From positions 20,978 to 84,977 of the IMG/VR virus record IMGVR_UViG_3300028833_000120: a stretch of 64,000 bases of DNA; one strand, 5' to 3'. Below the pieces are notes generated by a model. That model saw only the letters and a program-made list of their open reading frames with translations, ran no database searches and was not told the DNA's origin. Positions 1 through 9,988 of this stretch are shown here, in pieces. Origin of the DNA: a virus. Taxonomy: Duplodnaviria > Caudoviricetes. A program made the translations under genes and the position numbers. Every line of letters starts with the position of its first letter. Within the stretch, counting starts at the first letter, position 1.

Positions 1-2
1 TC

Positions 3-1055
3 TCATAGTTTTTCTTTATAGTTTGTATATAATTCCATTACTGTGTCGAATCTCTTTCCCTCGACATCGTTGTCTTTCAGCCATTCCTCTATATATTGTT
101 CTTGTGTCTTTTTATCCACAGAATTTTCATCTTCATTCAACGATACAATATCTTCGTTATTTTCAGAATGTATGTTAAACTCTTTGAACACTCCGTTCAA
201 CTCATTCATCAAATCATCAAACTTACATTGTATGACATCATTCCCGTTAATATGTAAATCGACAAAACAATTTCTCCACATATCCTTTAATTCACCAACT
301 GTTTTGTCAAGTATCTCATATATAGAGAACTTTTTAAATTTTGGTGAATATGTGTTTTCAAAAAATGTTGTCTCACCCGTTTTTACATCAAGTATGGTTA
401 TTCCGTTCATACCATCCATATCACCACGTGTCATCTGATACGGTGTGCCAACATAATGAACATTTTTCATATCTTGTTTCTTATGAATATGACCGGCGTA
501 TACCACAGATTTCTTAAAATCTTTTGAATCTATTGCATTACTCGACATAGACTTAATACCACTTTTGTTCAACTGACAACCGGCAACATCTAAATGTCCA
601 AAGATATAATCGACATCAACTGACTCCAATAATTTTCTCTCAGTTTCCAATTCGTTAATCCAAGGATTGAATAAAACACTTTTTCCACTTATAACCTCAA
701 CCTCTGGTTTCTTATACACTGTAACATTTGGTATATTCTCCAACATTCTTATTGATGTAATATCGTTTGACGATTTATTGTAAATATCGTGATTTCCGAC
801 CACAATACGAATATCATCAAATATTTTAGACAAACTATTGAATATATCAATTGTTCTGCACATCGTATTAAGACCAACTGTACTTCTATTATCAAATACA
901 TCACCAAGATGGACAAGTATATCACCATCCTTATGTTCTTTCTTCATCAAAGGAATAACGACATCATTGAAATATCTTGTAAAATCGTTCAACCAATTCT
1001 CATTGTCGTTTTTCACACCAAAATGTGTATCTGCTAAAAACCATATTCTACTCAT
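3..1055 (-). CDS. Mre11/SbcD-like recombination endonuclease subunit (T4 gp47-like)
   Basis: Metallophosphoesterase motifs DTHFG, LGDVFD, GNHD, FGHL and GHIH. Likely start is ATG 1055 (MSRIWF), just after a promoter motif. The stop overlaps an ATG at 6 (ATGA), probably the gp46 partner outside the window. Confidence 0.85.
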   Translation of the reverse strand: MSRIWFLADTHFGVKNDNENWLNDFTRYFNDVVIPLMKKEHKDGDILVHLGDVFDNRSTVGLNTMCRTIDIFNSLSKIFDDIRIVVGNHDIYNKSSNDITSIRMLENIPNVTVYKKPEVEVISGKSVLFNPWINELETERKLLESVDVDYIFGHLDVAGCQLNKSGIKSMSSNAIDSKDFKKSVVYAGHIHKKQDMKNVHYVGTPYQMTRGDMDGMNGITILDVKTGETTFFENTYSPKFKKFSIYEILDKTVGELKDMWRNCFVDLHINGNDVIQCKFDDLMNELNGVFKEFNIHSENNEDIVSLNEDENSVDKKTQEQYIEEWLKDNDVEGKRFDTVMELYTNYKEKL

Positions 1056-1135
1056 ATTTAAAATATAACAAAAATAAAAAAGGTGTGATTCTTTTTTCAC
1101 ACCTTTCTAAAAAAACAATATGAACTTTTACAGTA

Positions 1136-2017
1136 TTAAGAAAACATAATCGGACCAATGACAACACTTGTTTTCACACAATTTTCTTCATCAAACGAAG
1201 AAAACTTTATTCTGTTACTATGAAACTCAATAGTATACAATTTGTCATTGTCAATGTACGAGAAATGTTGCTTATTGAAGCAGCCAAGGAACGAATCACT
1301 TCCACTGAAGTTTTCATAGCCTATATTACTCAATCTCTTGTTATATACCTTTTCGTAGTCTACGAACTCCTTAAATGCACCCTCATCACCTTCACGATAA
1401 CGATTGATAATTTCGTTTATCTCAGAACGAACATTTTCGTCGGTAGGTTCGATTTCGGAAACAAACACATCATCACCATTTTTATAGAAGAATACACGAG
1501 CAAACTCCTTATATAGACTGAAAAGGTTTTGTATATACTTAAACTCATTCTCATTAATATCAATTGAGAATTGTAAATTTGACGTATTCTCGAAAACGTT
1601 TTTCTTTTTGTCTTCCTCCATTGTAAGAAAATCAACTGCCTCTGGGTCTGCACAAACCACATTCAACTCGAATCCGTCTGTGTGGATTGACATCTTCTTT
1701 GCAAAGTTGTTGTCTTCAACATAGAATGTGATATTGACATTTTCGGAACCAATGAGTGGAAGGGCGGAGATAATCTTACTGGCATCACCGAACTGAATCT
1801 TCACACACTCATCATCACACTCGTTTTCATAACTTTCACAAATCTTTTCCAAATCTGACTCAACAGCCTTGACGGCGGTTTTTTGTTTGTTATAGGCGAT
1901 AGATTCATACTCACTACCCCTAACTGTGACGAACATCATTCTGTCCATACTCGAACTTCTCTTGACGAGATTAAGGAAACGCTTGGTTTCCACATTTTTT
2001 AGTGAAATCTTTCTCAT
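1136..2017 (-). CDS. Probable DNA polymerase sliding clamp (gp45-like)
   Basis: 293 aa, acidic, alternating beta/alpha pattern, adjacent to gp47. No diagnostic motif, so the call rests on size, composition and context. Confidence 0.4.
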   Translation of the reverse strand: MRKISLKNVETKRFLNLVKRSSSMDRMMFVTVRGSEYESIAYNKQKTAVKAVESDLEKICESYENECDDECVKIQFGDASKIISALPLIGSENVNITFYVEDNNFAKKMSIHTDGFELNVVCADPEAVDFLTMEEDKKKNVFENTSNLQFSIDINENEFKYIQNLFSLYKEFARVFFYKNGDDVFVSEIEPTDENVRSEINEIINRYREGDEGAFKEFVDYEKVYNKRLSNIGYENFSGSDSFLGCFNKQHFSYIDNDKLYTIEFHSNRIKFSSFDEENCVKTSVVIGPIMFS

Positions 2018-2069
2018 AAAATAAAACTAAATTAAAAATTAACTTCTTGAATTAAATATAACAAAAAAA

Positions 2070-2837
2070 TTACCACAATGGGAACATTTTTTCATTTTTT
2101 ATTTTTTCAATCCTCTTATTTGCAGTATTACAATATTCCGTGCTTATTTCTGCACCGATATATTTCCTATCTAAATTTTCACATACACAGCAAGTTGTTC
2201 CAACACCGGAAAACGGGTCAAACACAACATCACCTTTATATGTAAAAAGTTTCAAAATTCTTTCAACCAATTCTTCTGGAAACATCGCCGGATGACCAAA
2301 TTCTTTCATTCTTTTTTCAGGAGGTATCACCCACTTGGCCGTAGTGTATAACTTGAACTCCTCACCGGTTATGTCTATATTTTCTTTTAGTCCTTTATGT
2401 TTCGGAGAGTTTTTATAGAAGTATTCAACATATTCCCATGTGTATTTCAAATATGGTTGTGACGGACTCTTCCAACTACCCCATGTTGTATATGCACAAT
2501 TATAGTTATTCTTCTCCCAAAGTATCTCACCTCCCCAAGTAAGTCCAAGTTCGGTAAGAATTTTTGTAACGATATGATGTGTCGGATAGTTATTTGTAAA
2601 AACCGGTTGCACATTGACAAACATTCTTCCACCATCCTTTAAAACTCTAACACACCCTTTGAATATATTCGTTAAAAACTCCTCATATTTCTCAGGTTGA
2701 AACTTATCGTCATAATTATTATATTCCTTTTGGAACATATATGGTGGACTTGTAATGATACAATCGACAGACGAGTCACACATTTTTTCAATAATTGTGA
2801 TACAATCCTCGTTATATATTTTATTAAGTTCTATCAT
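2070..2837 (-). CDS. Beta-class DNA methyltransferase, probably N4-cytosine
   Basis: Motif IV TSPPY near the N-terminus, HPAMFP and motif I DPFSGVGTT. C-terminus is FPLW. Confidence 0.9.
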   Translation of the reverse strand: MIELNKIYNEDCITIIEKMCDSSVDCIITSPPYMFQKEYNNYDDKFQPEKYEEFLTNIFKGCVRVLKDGGRMFVNVQPVFTNNYPTHHIVTKILTELGLTWGGEILWEKNNYNCAYTTWGSWKSPSQPYLKYTWEYVEYFYKNSPKHKGLKENIDITGEEFKLYTTAKWVIPPEKRMKEFGHPAMFPEELVERILKLFTYKGDVVFDPFSGVGTTCCVCENLDRKYIGAEISTEYCNTANKRIEKIKNEKMFPLW

Positions 2838-2884
2838 ATATTAAATATAACAAAAAAGGAGAGATTTTTAAATCTCTCCTTTTT

Positions 2885-4993
2885 TTAAGACATGCTTCTT
2901 TTTGAATCAATAAGCGTTTTTTGAAGAATTAACATCTTCCACATTTTTTCACTATTTTCACTGCTCCCAATATATTTTCTCAAAGTTGTTATTGTTCTAA
3001 ATACAACTTTTCCGTATATTTCCGTCTCAGTATTATACTTTCCATCAACAATATCTTCCATATAACTCATAACATTATCAATGTCTGAACCTTCGGCCTT
3101 TCCTTTTTTTGGAAGAATTCTCATTTCGTCTGGAAGTTCTTCATTATTTATATCATCATATATCTTTCTTTTAATCCATTCCCAAACAACTCTTTGTGTT
3201 GGACTTATATCAATAACAGTCAAACGTGAAGAAAGTGCTCCCCAATGAGGGGCAATAAGTCTACTGTTTGAAAACTTTTCTATTGGTTTATTACTTACAA
3301 AAACTATAAAACCATTAAAAATAAACTGATTAGGAATAAGGGCACGTTGTTTTTGTTCAGCATATTTCTCAAAATTCTGTTCTGCTTGCAATCTCAAAGC
3401 GGCAGCACTCATTCCTGAATATTCTGGGTCTTTTTTCGTTTTTGCTTCATCTTCAGCTGTAAGTTTCTTTATTTCTTTTTTAATCCATATTCCTCTATCA
3501 TACTCAGATATTGAACCAACTTCTAAATAATATCTTTCACGTCTAGATAATCTTTCACCCATAACGTCGTAAAATTCAGATTTTTGGTCTCCAGCATTAA
3601 GACCTCTTGCTGTTGGAGCAGTAAGTTTTCTCTCCTTTTCCGTTTCAGATGTTGCTTTCTTGAAAAGAGAAATCTTATCATCATCATCCCATATATTTGG
3701 AGTGTCGTCATATATAAGTACCATATTATTAAACCTATATAGGTTTTTATATACAGCTTGTGGTGTTGATACTGCACCTATACTAATATAATGAATACCT
3801 TCTATTGCACCAGTATTTTTAATTGCTTTTTCTATACCGACAGATTTACCAATACCAGCAGTACCTGTGACAAGGATACCTCTTGTAAGTGCCATAATAC
3901 CTTCAAGTTTTTCGGTAGACCCTTCTTTACCGCCTTTCTTAACGTATTCTAACATTGCTTCAACAGACCGTCTTTCAAATTCCATACGTTCTTCCAAATC
4001 ATCAATTTTTTCATTGATGACACTTTCAGCCTCTCTAACATCCCAAAGACCATGTTCATTGATATATGTTGACAATCTACCACTCTTTCCTGCATTAAAA
4101 AACCACAAATCTTTCAATTCTTGTGCCTTATCATCAGTAAGACCATGTGTTGTTCCACACAATGCCATATGTACAAGTGTAATTGTTCTATGTCCATTTG
4201 TACTATCCAAATCGCCGGTAGATGTAATGAATAAAGCTCTCTGAACTTGATAAAGGTCTTCCGTTTCATCAAAAAAATCAGTAGTCATTATTTTAAGAAT
4301 ATCTGGGTCATCATATTTCTCAAAAAGTTTTAAAAATTCATTTGCAGATTCTCTTGAAATAGTGGTATCATCAGTCTCTCTTGTTCTTGAAGACTTACTT
4401 ACCAATTTTCCCATAAAGGCGGCTGTGATTTTTTTAGGAGAACCGTCTGAAATTTTTGTAACAGGTGATATTCCTATTTCCGCCTTCGGTGTAACTTCTC
4501 TTGCTTCAGATATAGGTGAATATTTGTTATTTATAACATTAAGTGTAGATATAAGTGTTCTTATCATCGACAACCAACCAAATTTTTTTGTAGATACAGA
4601 AAACACCGATTTAGCGTTACTATTTTCAAGTGGGTCTTCATTAAAGAAAATTATCACTTTATCGATACCACTTTTCGACAACACCAAATAAAATTCATCA
4701 CAATATATCATTGTAGCCTTTTTTCCATTAGCTGTGATTATATATGGATGAACATTCCAATCAATATTATCAAAATTATTCTTAAGATGTTTTAAAATAA
4801 TAGATGTTGCCTTCAACAAATACCTATTATCTGAAACAAATTCCGGTTTATCAAAGTCTTCTTCTGTATTGAAAACATCACCAATATTACTACCATTACC
4901 ATCTATACCTGGTACATAAACACCAGGTATACTATTTTCAAATAACGAAGTATAACCAGATTTTTTCAAAAATTCATTAAAACTTTCAATCAT
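2885..4993 (-). CDS. P-loop AAA-type ATPase, late gene with a capsid-targeting-like N-terminus
   Basis: Walker A GTAGIGKS, Walker B VLIYDD, sensor FVSN and ALSSR. N-terminus MIESFNEFL. CATAAATA lies upstream on the minus strand near 5023-5030. Confidence 0.7.
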   Translation of the reverse strand: MIESFNEFLKKSGYTSLFENSIPGVYVPGIDGNGSNIGDVFNTEEDFDKPEFVSDNRYLLKATSIILKHLKNNFDNIDWNVHPYIITANGKKATMIYCDEFYLVLSKSGIDKVIIFFNEDPLENSNAKSVFSVSTKKFGWLSMIRTLISTLNVINNKYSPISEAREVTPKAEIGISPVTKISDGSPKKITAAFMGKLVSKSSRTRETDDTTISRESANEFLKLFEKYDDPDILKIMTTDFFDETEDLYQVQRALFITSTGDLDSTNGHRTITLVHMALCGTTHGLTDDKAQELKDLWFFNAGKSGRLSTYINEHGLWDVREAESVINEKIDDLEERMEFERRSVEAMLEYVKKGGKEGSTEKLEGIMALTRGILVTGTAGIGKSVGIEKAIKNTGAIEGIHYISIGAVSTPQAVYKNLYRFNNMVLIYDDTPNIWDDDDKISLFKKATSETEKERKLTAPTARGLNAGDQKSEFYDVMGERLSRRERYYLEVGSISEYDRGIWIKKEIKKLTAEDEAKTKKDPEYSGMSAAALRLQAEQNFEKYAEQKQRALIPNQFIFNGFIVFVSNKPIEKFSNSRLIAPHWGALSSRLTVIDISPTQRVVWEWIKRKIYDDINNEELPDEMRILPKKGKAEGSDIDNVMSYMEDIVDGKYNTETEIYGKVVFRTITTLRKYIGSSENSEKMWKMLILQKTLIDSKRSMS

Positions 4994-5063
4994 ATTTTTT
5001 GTTTATATTATATTATTTAAAGTATTTATGAAAAAAGAAAAAGGAGGATAAACCTCCTTTTAA

Positions 5064-5933
5064 TCACCACAAACCATTATCATTGTTATAGTTTAAGTAA
5101 AGACTCTCATATACGATTGCATTTTTATCTTTACCGGTTGTTCTTTTGAAAGATGAGTTTCCACTTTTGATATAAAGATGTCTTCTGTAACACTTTTCTG
5201 GTACAGAGTATGTGTTGTCAATATCACCGGATTTCCCATCAAATGAAAGTGCAAACTTCACATTCATTTTCGAAACATTTTCAAGAAAAACAAAGAACGA
5301 CTCAAAGTCTATCCCTCCGAAATACATTCCCTTGGTGTTGAAATACGGTGGGTCCATATAAATGAAATCACCTTCTTTTATTTCATCAAGTATTTCTTCA
5401 TAGGAACGATGTACAAACTCGACGTTATTTTTTCTCAATTTGTCACTCCATTCATTTAATATGGGTTTCAACAATTCTGGTTTGATTCCATTTCTTGTTA
5501 TGTGAAAACTATTGTTGAACTCACCCATCTGATTATATCTCGGCATACCGTTTGTGGTTGTTCTCATTATGAAGAAAAACACAAGTGGGTCGTGGTTCTC
5601 GTTGTATATCTTCCTTTGTTCCTCAAAAAATTTCCTCTTACGGTCTATATCGTTGTCTTTGTTCAACTCTTCCCACAGTTTCACATAAGACTCATATATC
5701 TCATCCGGTGAATGCTTTACTTTTTTCCACAATTCAATAAGGTCTTGGTTTATGTCAGAACACACATATCTCTTCACAAATATTCCAGAGTTAATCAAAC
5801 CCATAAGCATCGAACAACCACCACAGAAAGGCTCGTAGTATGTGTCGATTGTCTGTGGGAAATACCCAAGAATATCTTCACACTGACTTCTTTTTGAACC
5901 ACTCCACTTTATAACCGGTTGAAACTTAACCAT
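5064..5933 (-). CDS. Alpha-class (Dam/D12 family) N6-adenine DNA methyltransferase
   Basis: KWSGSKR, YYEPFCGG, SDIN and YMDPPY. C-terminus is NGLW. Confidence 0.9.
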   Translation of the reverse strand: MVKFQPVIKWSGSKRSQCEDILGYFPQTIDTYYEPFCGGCSMLMGLINSGIFVKRYVCSDINQDLIELWKKVKHSPDEIYESYVKLWEELNKDNDIDRKRKFFEEQRKIYNENHDPLVFFFIMRTTTNGMPRYNQMGEFNNSFHITRNGIKPELLKPILNEWSDKLRKNNVEFVHRSYEEILDEIKEGDFIYMDPPYFNTKGMYFGGIDFESFFVFLENVSKMNVKFALSFDGKSGDIDNTYSVPEKCYRRHLYIKSGNSSFKRTTGKDKNAIVYESLYLNYNNDNGLW

Positions 5934-5936
5934 ATC

Positions 5937-6683
5937 TTAAATTCCTATTCTTTTTTCTGCAATATCGAAATATTTTTTATTCAATTCTATTCCAATAAAA
6001 TCCCTGTTCAAATTTCTGCAAGCGACTCCAGTGGTACCGCTACCCATAGTCATATCCATAACCAAATCACCCTCTTTTGTGTATGTTTTTACAAGATATT
6101 CGAGAAGAGCGATGGGTTTCTGTGTTGGATGCAAATGTGACTTGTCTGTATTGAACTCAAGTATATTGTATGGATATCTCAACGAAGTATCCCTGTCTTT
6201 GTGTCTGTATACACCGTTCTTGTGGTTTTCTGCAAATATCGAAGTTGTTTTACTCTCTTTCGGAAGAGTATATTTTTCACCTTTTATCATCTGTGGATAA
6301 TAAGGCATTTTCTTCTCACCATATCTTGCATAACCGTTTGAAAAAACAGAAATGATTTCTATATTGTTCAACGGTTGGTATGGCGCTTGTGGAAAATTTG
6401 ACTTCGTGTCTTTTTTCCAAATCCAGTCATACTTGAACTCATCGACATTTGACATTCTCAACATAGACGAAAACGGTTCCTTACCAAACAGTATAATGGG
6501 AATGTAATCTTTACGTAGTTGTTTTATACACCCCCACAATTCGTCAAACGGAATCACAAAATCCCATTTTTTGCATCGACTTGTACCATAAGGCAAATCA
6601 CATATAACTGCATCAACTTTCACACCCCATTCAATAAGTTTGTGCATAATATCTATACAATCACCATTATACAGTTCAAACAT
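5937..6683 (-). CDS. Beta-class N6/N4 DNA methyltransferase
   Basis: CDLPY, HPTQKP and DMTMGSGTTG. Confidence 0.9.
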   Translation of the reverse strand: MFELYNGDCIDIMHKLIEWGVKVDAVICDLPYGTSRCKKWDFVIPFDELWGCIKQLRKDYIPIILFGKEPFSSMLRMSNVDEFKYDWIWKKDTKSNFPQAPYQPLNNIEIISVFSNGYARYGEKKMPYYPQMIKGEKYTLPKESKTTSIFAENHKNGVYRHKDRDTSLRYPYNILEFNTDKSHLHPTQKPIALLEYLVKTYTKEGDLVMDMTMGSGTTGVACRNLNRDFIGIELNKKYFDIAEKRIGI

Positions 6684-6684
6684 A

Positions 6685-7419
6685 CTAAAAAAGTTTTATT
6701 GTATTTTCCACCTCATTCATTCTTTGTTCGACAATCTTAAAATAACCACAATCCAATTCAATACCTATAAAGTTACGGTTTGTATTGACACAGGCTACGC
6801 CGGTTGAACCACTACCCATTGTATTATCAAGAACCGTTTCTCCTTCATTGGTATATGTCTTTATAAGATACTCCAAAAGGTCTACCGGTTTCTCATTCGG
6901 ATGTTGTTTGCTGTAATTATCAACACACTTGTATTCAAGGAGATTGTTCGGATACCTTGTTGTATCTCCACCCTCATAATTCCTCTTGTTTCCACCATAA
7001 TAGATTTTACCGTTGGAACAACCCTTTGCACTGTTTGTCGGGATATGTCCATCGGACTTTTGTGGGTAATATTCGTGTTTGTAGAAAACACATATTTCCT
7101 CTATCTTTCTCAACGGCATCCGTTTGGCGTGGAAAAAATTTGTCGTCTGGTTTTTTGACCAATACCAGCAATATTTGAAATTTTTTATATTCGAATTTAT
7201 GAGTTTTGTTGTAAATGGTTGTGACGAAAACAACACAACCGGACAATCGTCCTTTCTTACCCTCTTATAATGATTCCACAACAAGTCAAGGTTTATCTCT
7301 TTATCCCACTCTTGTGCAGTGCAGTTATATGGAAGGTCACACAGAATCATATCAATGGATTTGTCTTGAATGCTATTCATAACATCAAAACAATCACTAT
7401 TAAATAACCTTGTACTCAT
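6685..7419 (-). CDS. Beta-class N6/N4 DNA methyltransferase
   Basis: CDLPY, HPNEKP and DNTMGSGSTG. Ends IKLF. Confidence 0.9.
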   Translation of the reverse strand: MSTRLFNSDCFDVMNSIQDKSIDMILCDLPYNCTAQEWDKEINLDLLWNHYKRVRKDDCPVVLFSSQPFTTKLINSNIKNFKYCWYWSKNQTTNFFHAKRMPLRKIEEICVFYKHEYYPQKSDGHIPTNSAKGCSNGKIYYGGNKRNYEGGDTTRYPNNLLEYKCVDNYSKQHPNEKPVDLLEYLIKTYTNEGETVLDNTMGSGSTGVACVNTNRNFIGIELDCGYFKIVEQRMNEVENTIKLF

Positions 7420-7639
7420 TATTCAAATATAAGTATTCTACTTTACATTTTTCACAAGTTTCCCATTTAATCCATTCGAGTGCCTTTTCAAATGTGTCAA
7501 ATTCAACATAGTCACTCCATTCACCAATATATCCAAAATAATGCCACCAACTCCACCAATGCTTATGTTGTGGGAAATAAGTAACCGAAATCTTTCCGTC
7601 GATTCCCTTTGATTTTACTTTCTTAATTCTATATTTCAT
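7400..7639 (-). CDS. Small hypothetical protein, Trp-rich
   Basis: ATG 7639 (MKYRIKK) lies 1 nt after the upstream MTase stop. Contains YFPQHKHWWSWW. Confidence 0.6.
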   Translation of the reverse strand: MKYRIKKVKSKGIDGKISVTYFPQHKHWWSWWHYFGYIGEWSDYVEFDTFEKALEWIKWETCEKCKVEYLYLNNEYKVI

Positions 7640-7640
7640 A

Positions 7641-8390
7641 CTAAAATAAAGTTTTATTATTCGACTCAGCTTCAATTATTCTCAGTTTTGCAATCTTGAA
7701 AAACCTTTCCTCGATTTCAAATCCTATAAATTTTCTGTTTGTATTGATGCAAGCGACAGCGGTCGTTCCACTACCTATACAATTGTCCAACACCAATCCA
7801 CCTTCCGGACAATACGACTTCACCAAAAATTCAATCAACTCAACCGGTTTCTGTGTAGGATGTATCTGGTCCTGTCTTCTCCATTTTTGTGGAAAGTCTA
7901 AAACCGTGATTGGATGACGTGTTCCTTTGTTGTCAGTCTCGACACCTTTTATCCCATATCCAAGATTATTCACTTTGTTTGGAGTATACTTTCTTTTATA
8001 TGGAGTTCCTTTTGACATCTGTGGTTCATAGTATGCTGCCGACTCACCGAATACAAGTATCATCTCGTGTTTCTTTAACGGCATATACTTTGCCGTAAGA
8101 GGAGACCCACACTTCGATTTCTTCCAAACCATATCATATCTGAAAAGTTTCTCATTTGAGATGGCAAGTTTAAATGCAAAAAGACCGGAACCGAAAAGAA
8201 TGATATTTCCTTTCGGTTTGATTATCCTCTCATATTGTCCCCACAACTTATCGACTGGGAGTTGAACATCCCAATTCATTGATGTTGATTGATAAGGTGG
8301 GTCACAAATGATACAGTCAACAGAATGGTCGTCAATCTTCTTCATCCCTTCAAGACAATCCTCGTTATATATTTTATTAATTTCTAACAT
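7641..8390 (-). CDS. Beta-class N6/N4 DNA methyltransferase
   Basis: CDPPY, HPTQKP and DNCIGSGTT. Ends KTLF. Confidence 0.9.
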   Translation of the reverse strand: MLEINKIYNEDCLEGMKKIDDHSVDCIICDPPYQSTSMNWDVQLPVDKLWGQYERIIKPKGNIILFGSGLFAFKLAISNEKLFRYDMVWKKSKCGSPLTAKYMPLKKHEMILVFGESAAYYEPQMSKGTPYKRKYTPNKVNNLGYGIKGVETDNKGTRHPITVLDFPQKWRRQDQIHPTQKPVELIEFLVKSYCPEGGLVLDNCIGSGTTAVACINTNRKFIGFEIEERFFKIAKLRIIEAESNNKTLF

Positions 8391-9174
8391 ATTAAAATAA
8401 ACTATATTCTTTTTCTTGCAATTCTTCTTTTATTCTCTTACAAGATTTATCATAATATTCTTTGTTCAATTCAAATCCGATAAAATTTCTATTTTCTCTT
8501 ATACAAGCGATAGCAGTTGTACCAGACCCCATGCAGTTGTCAAGAACCAAATCATCCTCGTTTGTATATGTACGAACCAAATATGCAACAAGGTCAACTG
8601 GTTTCTGTGTCGGATGGATTTTAGATTTATCACGATTATACTTCAGTATAGATGTCGGGTATCTATCTCCATTATTGACAGTTATAGTTTCTTTATTGTT
8701 CTTATAGTCATAATTTGTTCCGACACCACCTTGTTTGCATATATAAGGTTTTCCCGTTCCCATCTGTGGGTGGTATGTCATTGCATCATCAGAATTTTTC
8801 ACAAAACAAGCAGCCTTTTTGGAAAACACAAGTATATTCTCATGCTTCTTCAATGGGGCAAAATTACTGTTAAGATGACCTGTTCCGGAATCTTTTTCCC
8901 ATATCCACTCATATTTCAACATCTCAATATTACTTGCACCAAGTATTTTATCGAAAGGAGTCTGGGCAAACAACACAATTGCTCCAGCTGGTTTTATGAT
9001 ACGTTTATATTCAGTCCATAAAGAATCGAGTGGTATGACACTATCCCAACTATTCTTTGTTGTCCCATAAGGTAAATCACAAATGATACAATCAATTGAT
9101 TCATCATCTATCTTCTTCATCCCTTCAAGACAATCCTCGTTATATATTTTATTGATTTCTAACATATTAAAATA
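8335..9174. repeat. 65-bp direct repeat (8335-8399 and 9110-9174, 1 mismatch) spanning MTase gene junctions
   Basis: atcttcttcatcccttcaagacaatcctcgttatatattttatt(a/g)atttctaacatattaaaata is present at both positions. Confidence 0.9.
8392..9165 (-). CDS. Beta-class N6/N4 DNA methyltransferase
   Basis: CDLPYG, HPTQKP and DNCMGSGTT. Ends YSLF. Confidence 0.9.
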   Translation of the reverse strand: MLEINKIYNEDCLEGMKKIDDESIDCIICDLPYGTTKNSWDSVIPLDSLWTEYKRIIKPAGAIVLFAQTPFDKILGASNIEMLKYEWIWEKDSGTGHLNSNFAPLKKHENILVFSKKAACFVKNSDDAMTYHPQMGTGKPYICKQGGVGTNYDYKNNKETITVNNGDRYPTSILKYNRDKSKIHPTQKPVDLVAYLVRTYTNEDDLVLDNCMGSGTTAIACIRENRNFIGFELNKEYYDKSCKRIKEELQEKEYSLF

Positions 9175-9907
9175 CTTTTACTTCATTTTGTACTTCTGAA
9201 ATTCTTCTTTTTGCAATATCGTAAAATCCTTTGTCTATTTCAAATCCTATGAAATCACGACCGAGATTGAGACAAGCGACACCGGTACTTCCACTACCCA
9301 TACAACCGTCGAGTACAACATCACCTTCGTTTGTTGATATGAATACAATCCTCTCCATCAGTAAAACTGGTTTCTGTGTCGGGTGGTTTGTCTTTTCCTT
9401 TGAGTTGTGTGGAAGTGCCGGTATATCAGTCCATACATCCGACAGACTAACTCCGTCTTTCAACATACCTTCGGTGTATTCCTTTCTTTTTGTATCTGGT
9501 TTCACCTTTATATTATTAAAAACCGGTTCGCCTCCAGATTTGGAATAATAAGCAATCGGTTCGTAACCGGAAGCGAGGGAGTGACCCCTCGTATTGTTGA
9601 AACCTCTTTTCCTTGCCCAGATGATTATCCTTTTCTCAATCAGATATTTATCAAGCATGTTGCATATTTTCCTATTCATTTGTCTTGATGTGAAAAGAAA
9701 GATGTTTCCACCGGGTTTCAATACACGAACATACTGCACAATCAAAGACTCAACCCATTCAAGATAACCTTGTTCTGACGACCATTGGTTATCAAACTCC
9801 GCCTCAACAACACCAAAATAGGGCAAATCACAGATAATACAATCTATCGAACAATCTTTTATTTTGTTACGTATTCCGTCGACACAATCTTCATTATACA
9901 ATTCCAT
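9167..9907 (-). CDS. Beta-class N6/N4 DNA methyltransferase
   Basis: CDLPYF, SDVW, HPTQKP and DGCMGSGSTG. Ends VKVF. Confidence 0.9.
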   Translation of the reverse strand: MELYNEDCVDGIRNKIKDCSIDCIICDLPYFGVVEAEFDNQWSSEQGYLEWVESLIVQYVRVLKPGGNIFLFTSRQMNRKICNMLDKYLIEKRIIIWARKRGFNNTRGHSLASGYEPIAYYSKSGGEPVFNNIKVKPDTKRKEYTEGMLKDGVSLSDVWTDIPALPHNSKEKTNHPTQKPVLLMERIVFISTNEGDVVLDGCMGSGSTGVACLNLGRDFIGFEIDKGFYDIAKRRISEVQNEVKVF

Positions 9908-9911
9908 ACAC

Positions 9912-9985
9912 TAAATATAACAAATTACATAAATAACATATACATAAAAAAAAAATTACATAAATAACATATACATAAAAAAAAA
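9912..9985. promoter_or_regulatory. Divergent promoter cassette: TTGTTATATTTA (- strand, 9912-9923) back-to-back with CATAAATA (+, 9928-9935, duplicated at 9959-9966 in a 31-bp tandem repeat)
   Basis: Both motifs recur upstream of many genes. The tandem unit is aaattacataaataacatatacataaaaaaa. Confidence 0.75.
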
Positions 9986-9988
9986 GAT

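Noticed and set aside
5937-9907. DLPY instead of DPPY as a sign of inactive MTases
   Set aside because: DLPY is a common motif IV variant in phage beta-class MTases, and the other motifs are intact.
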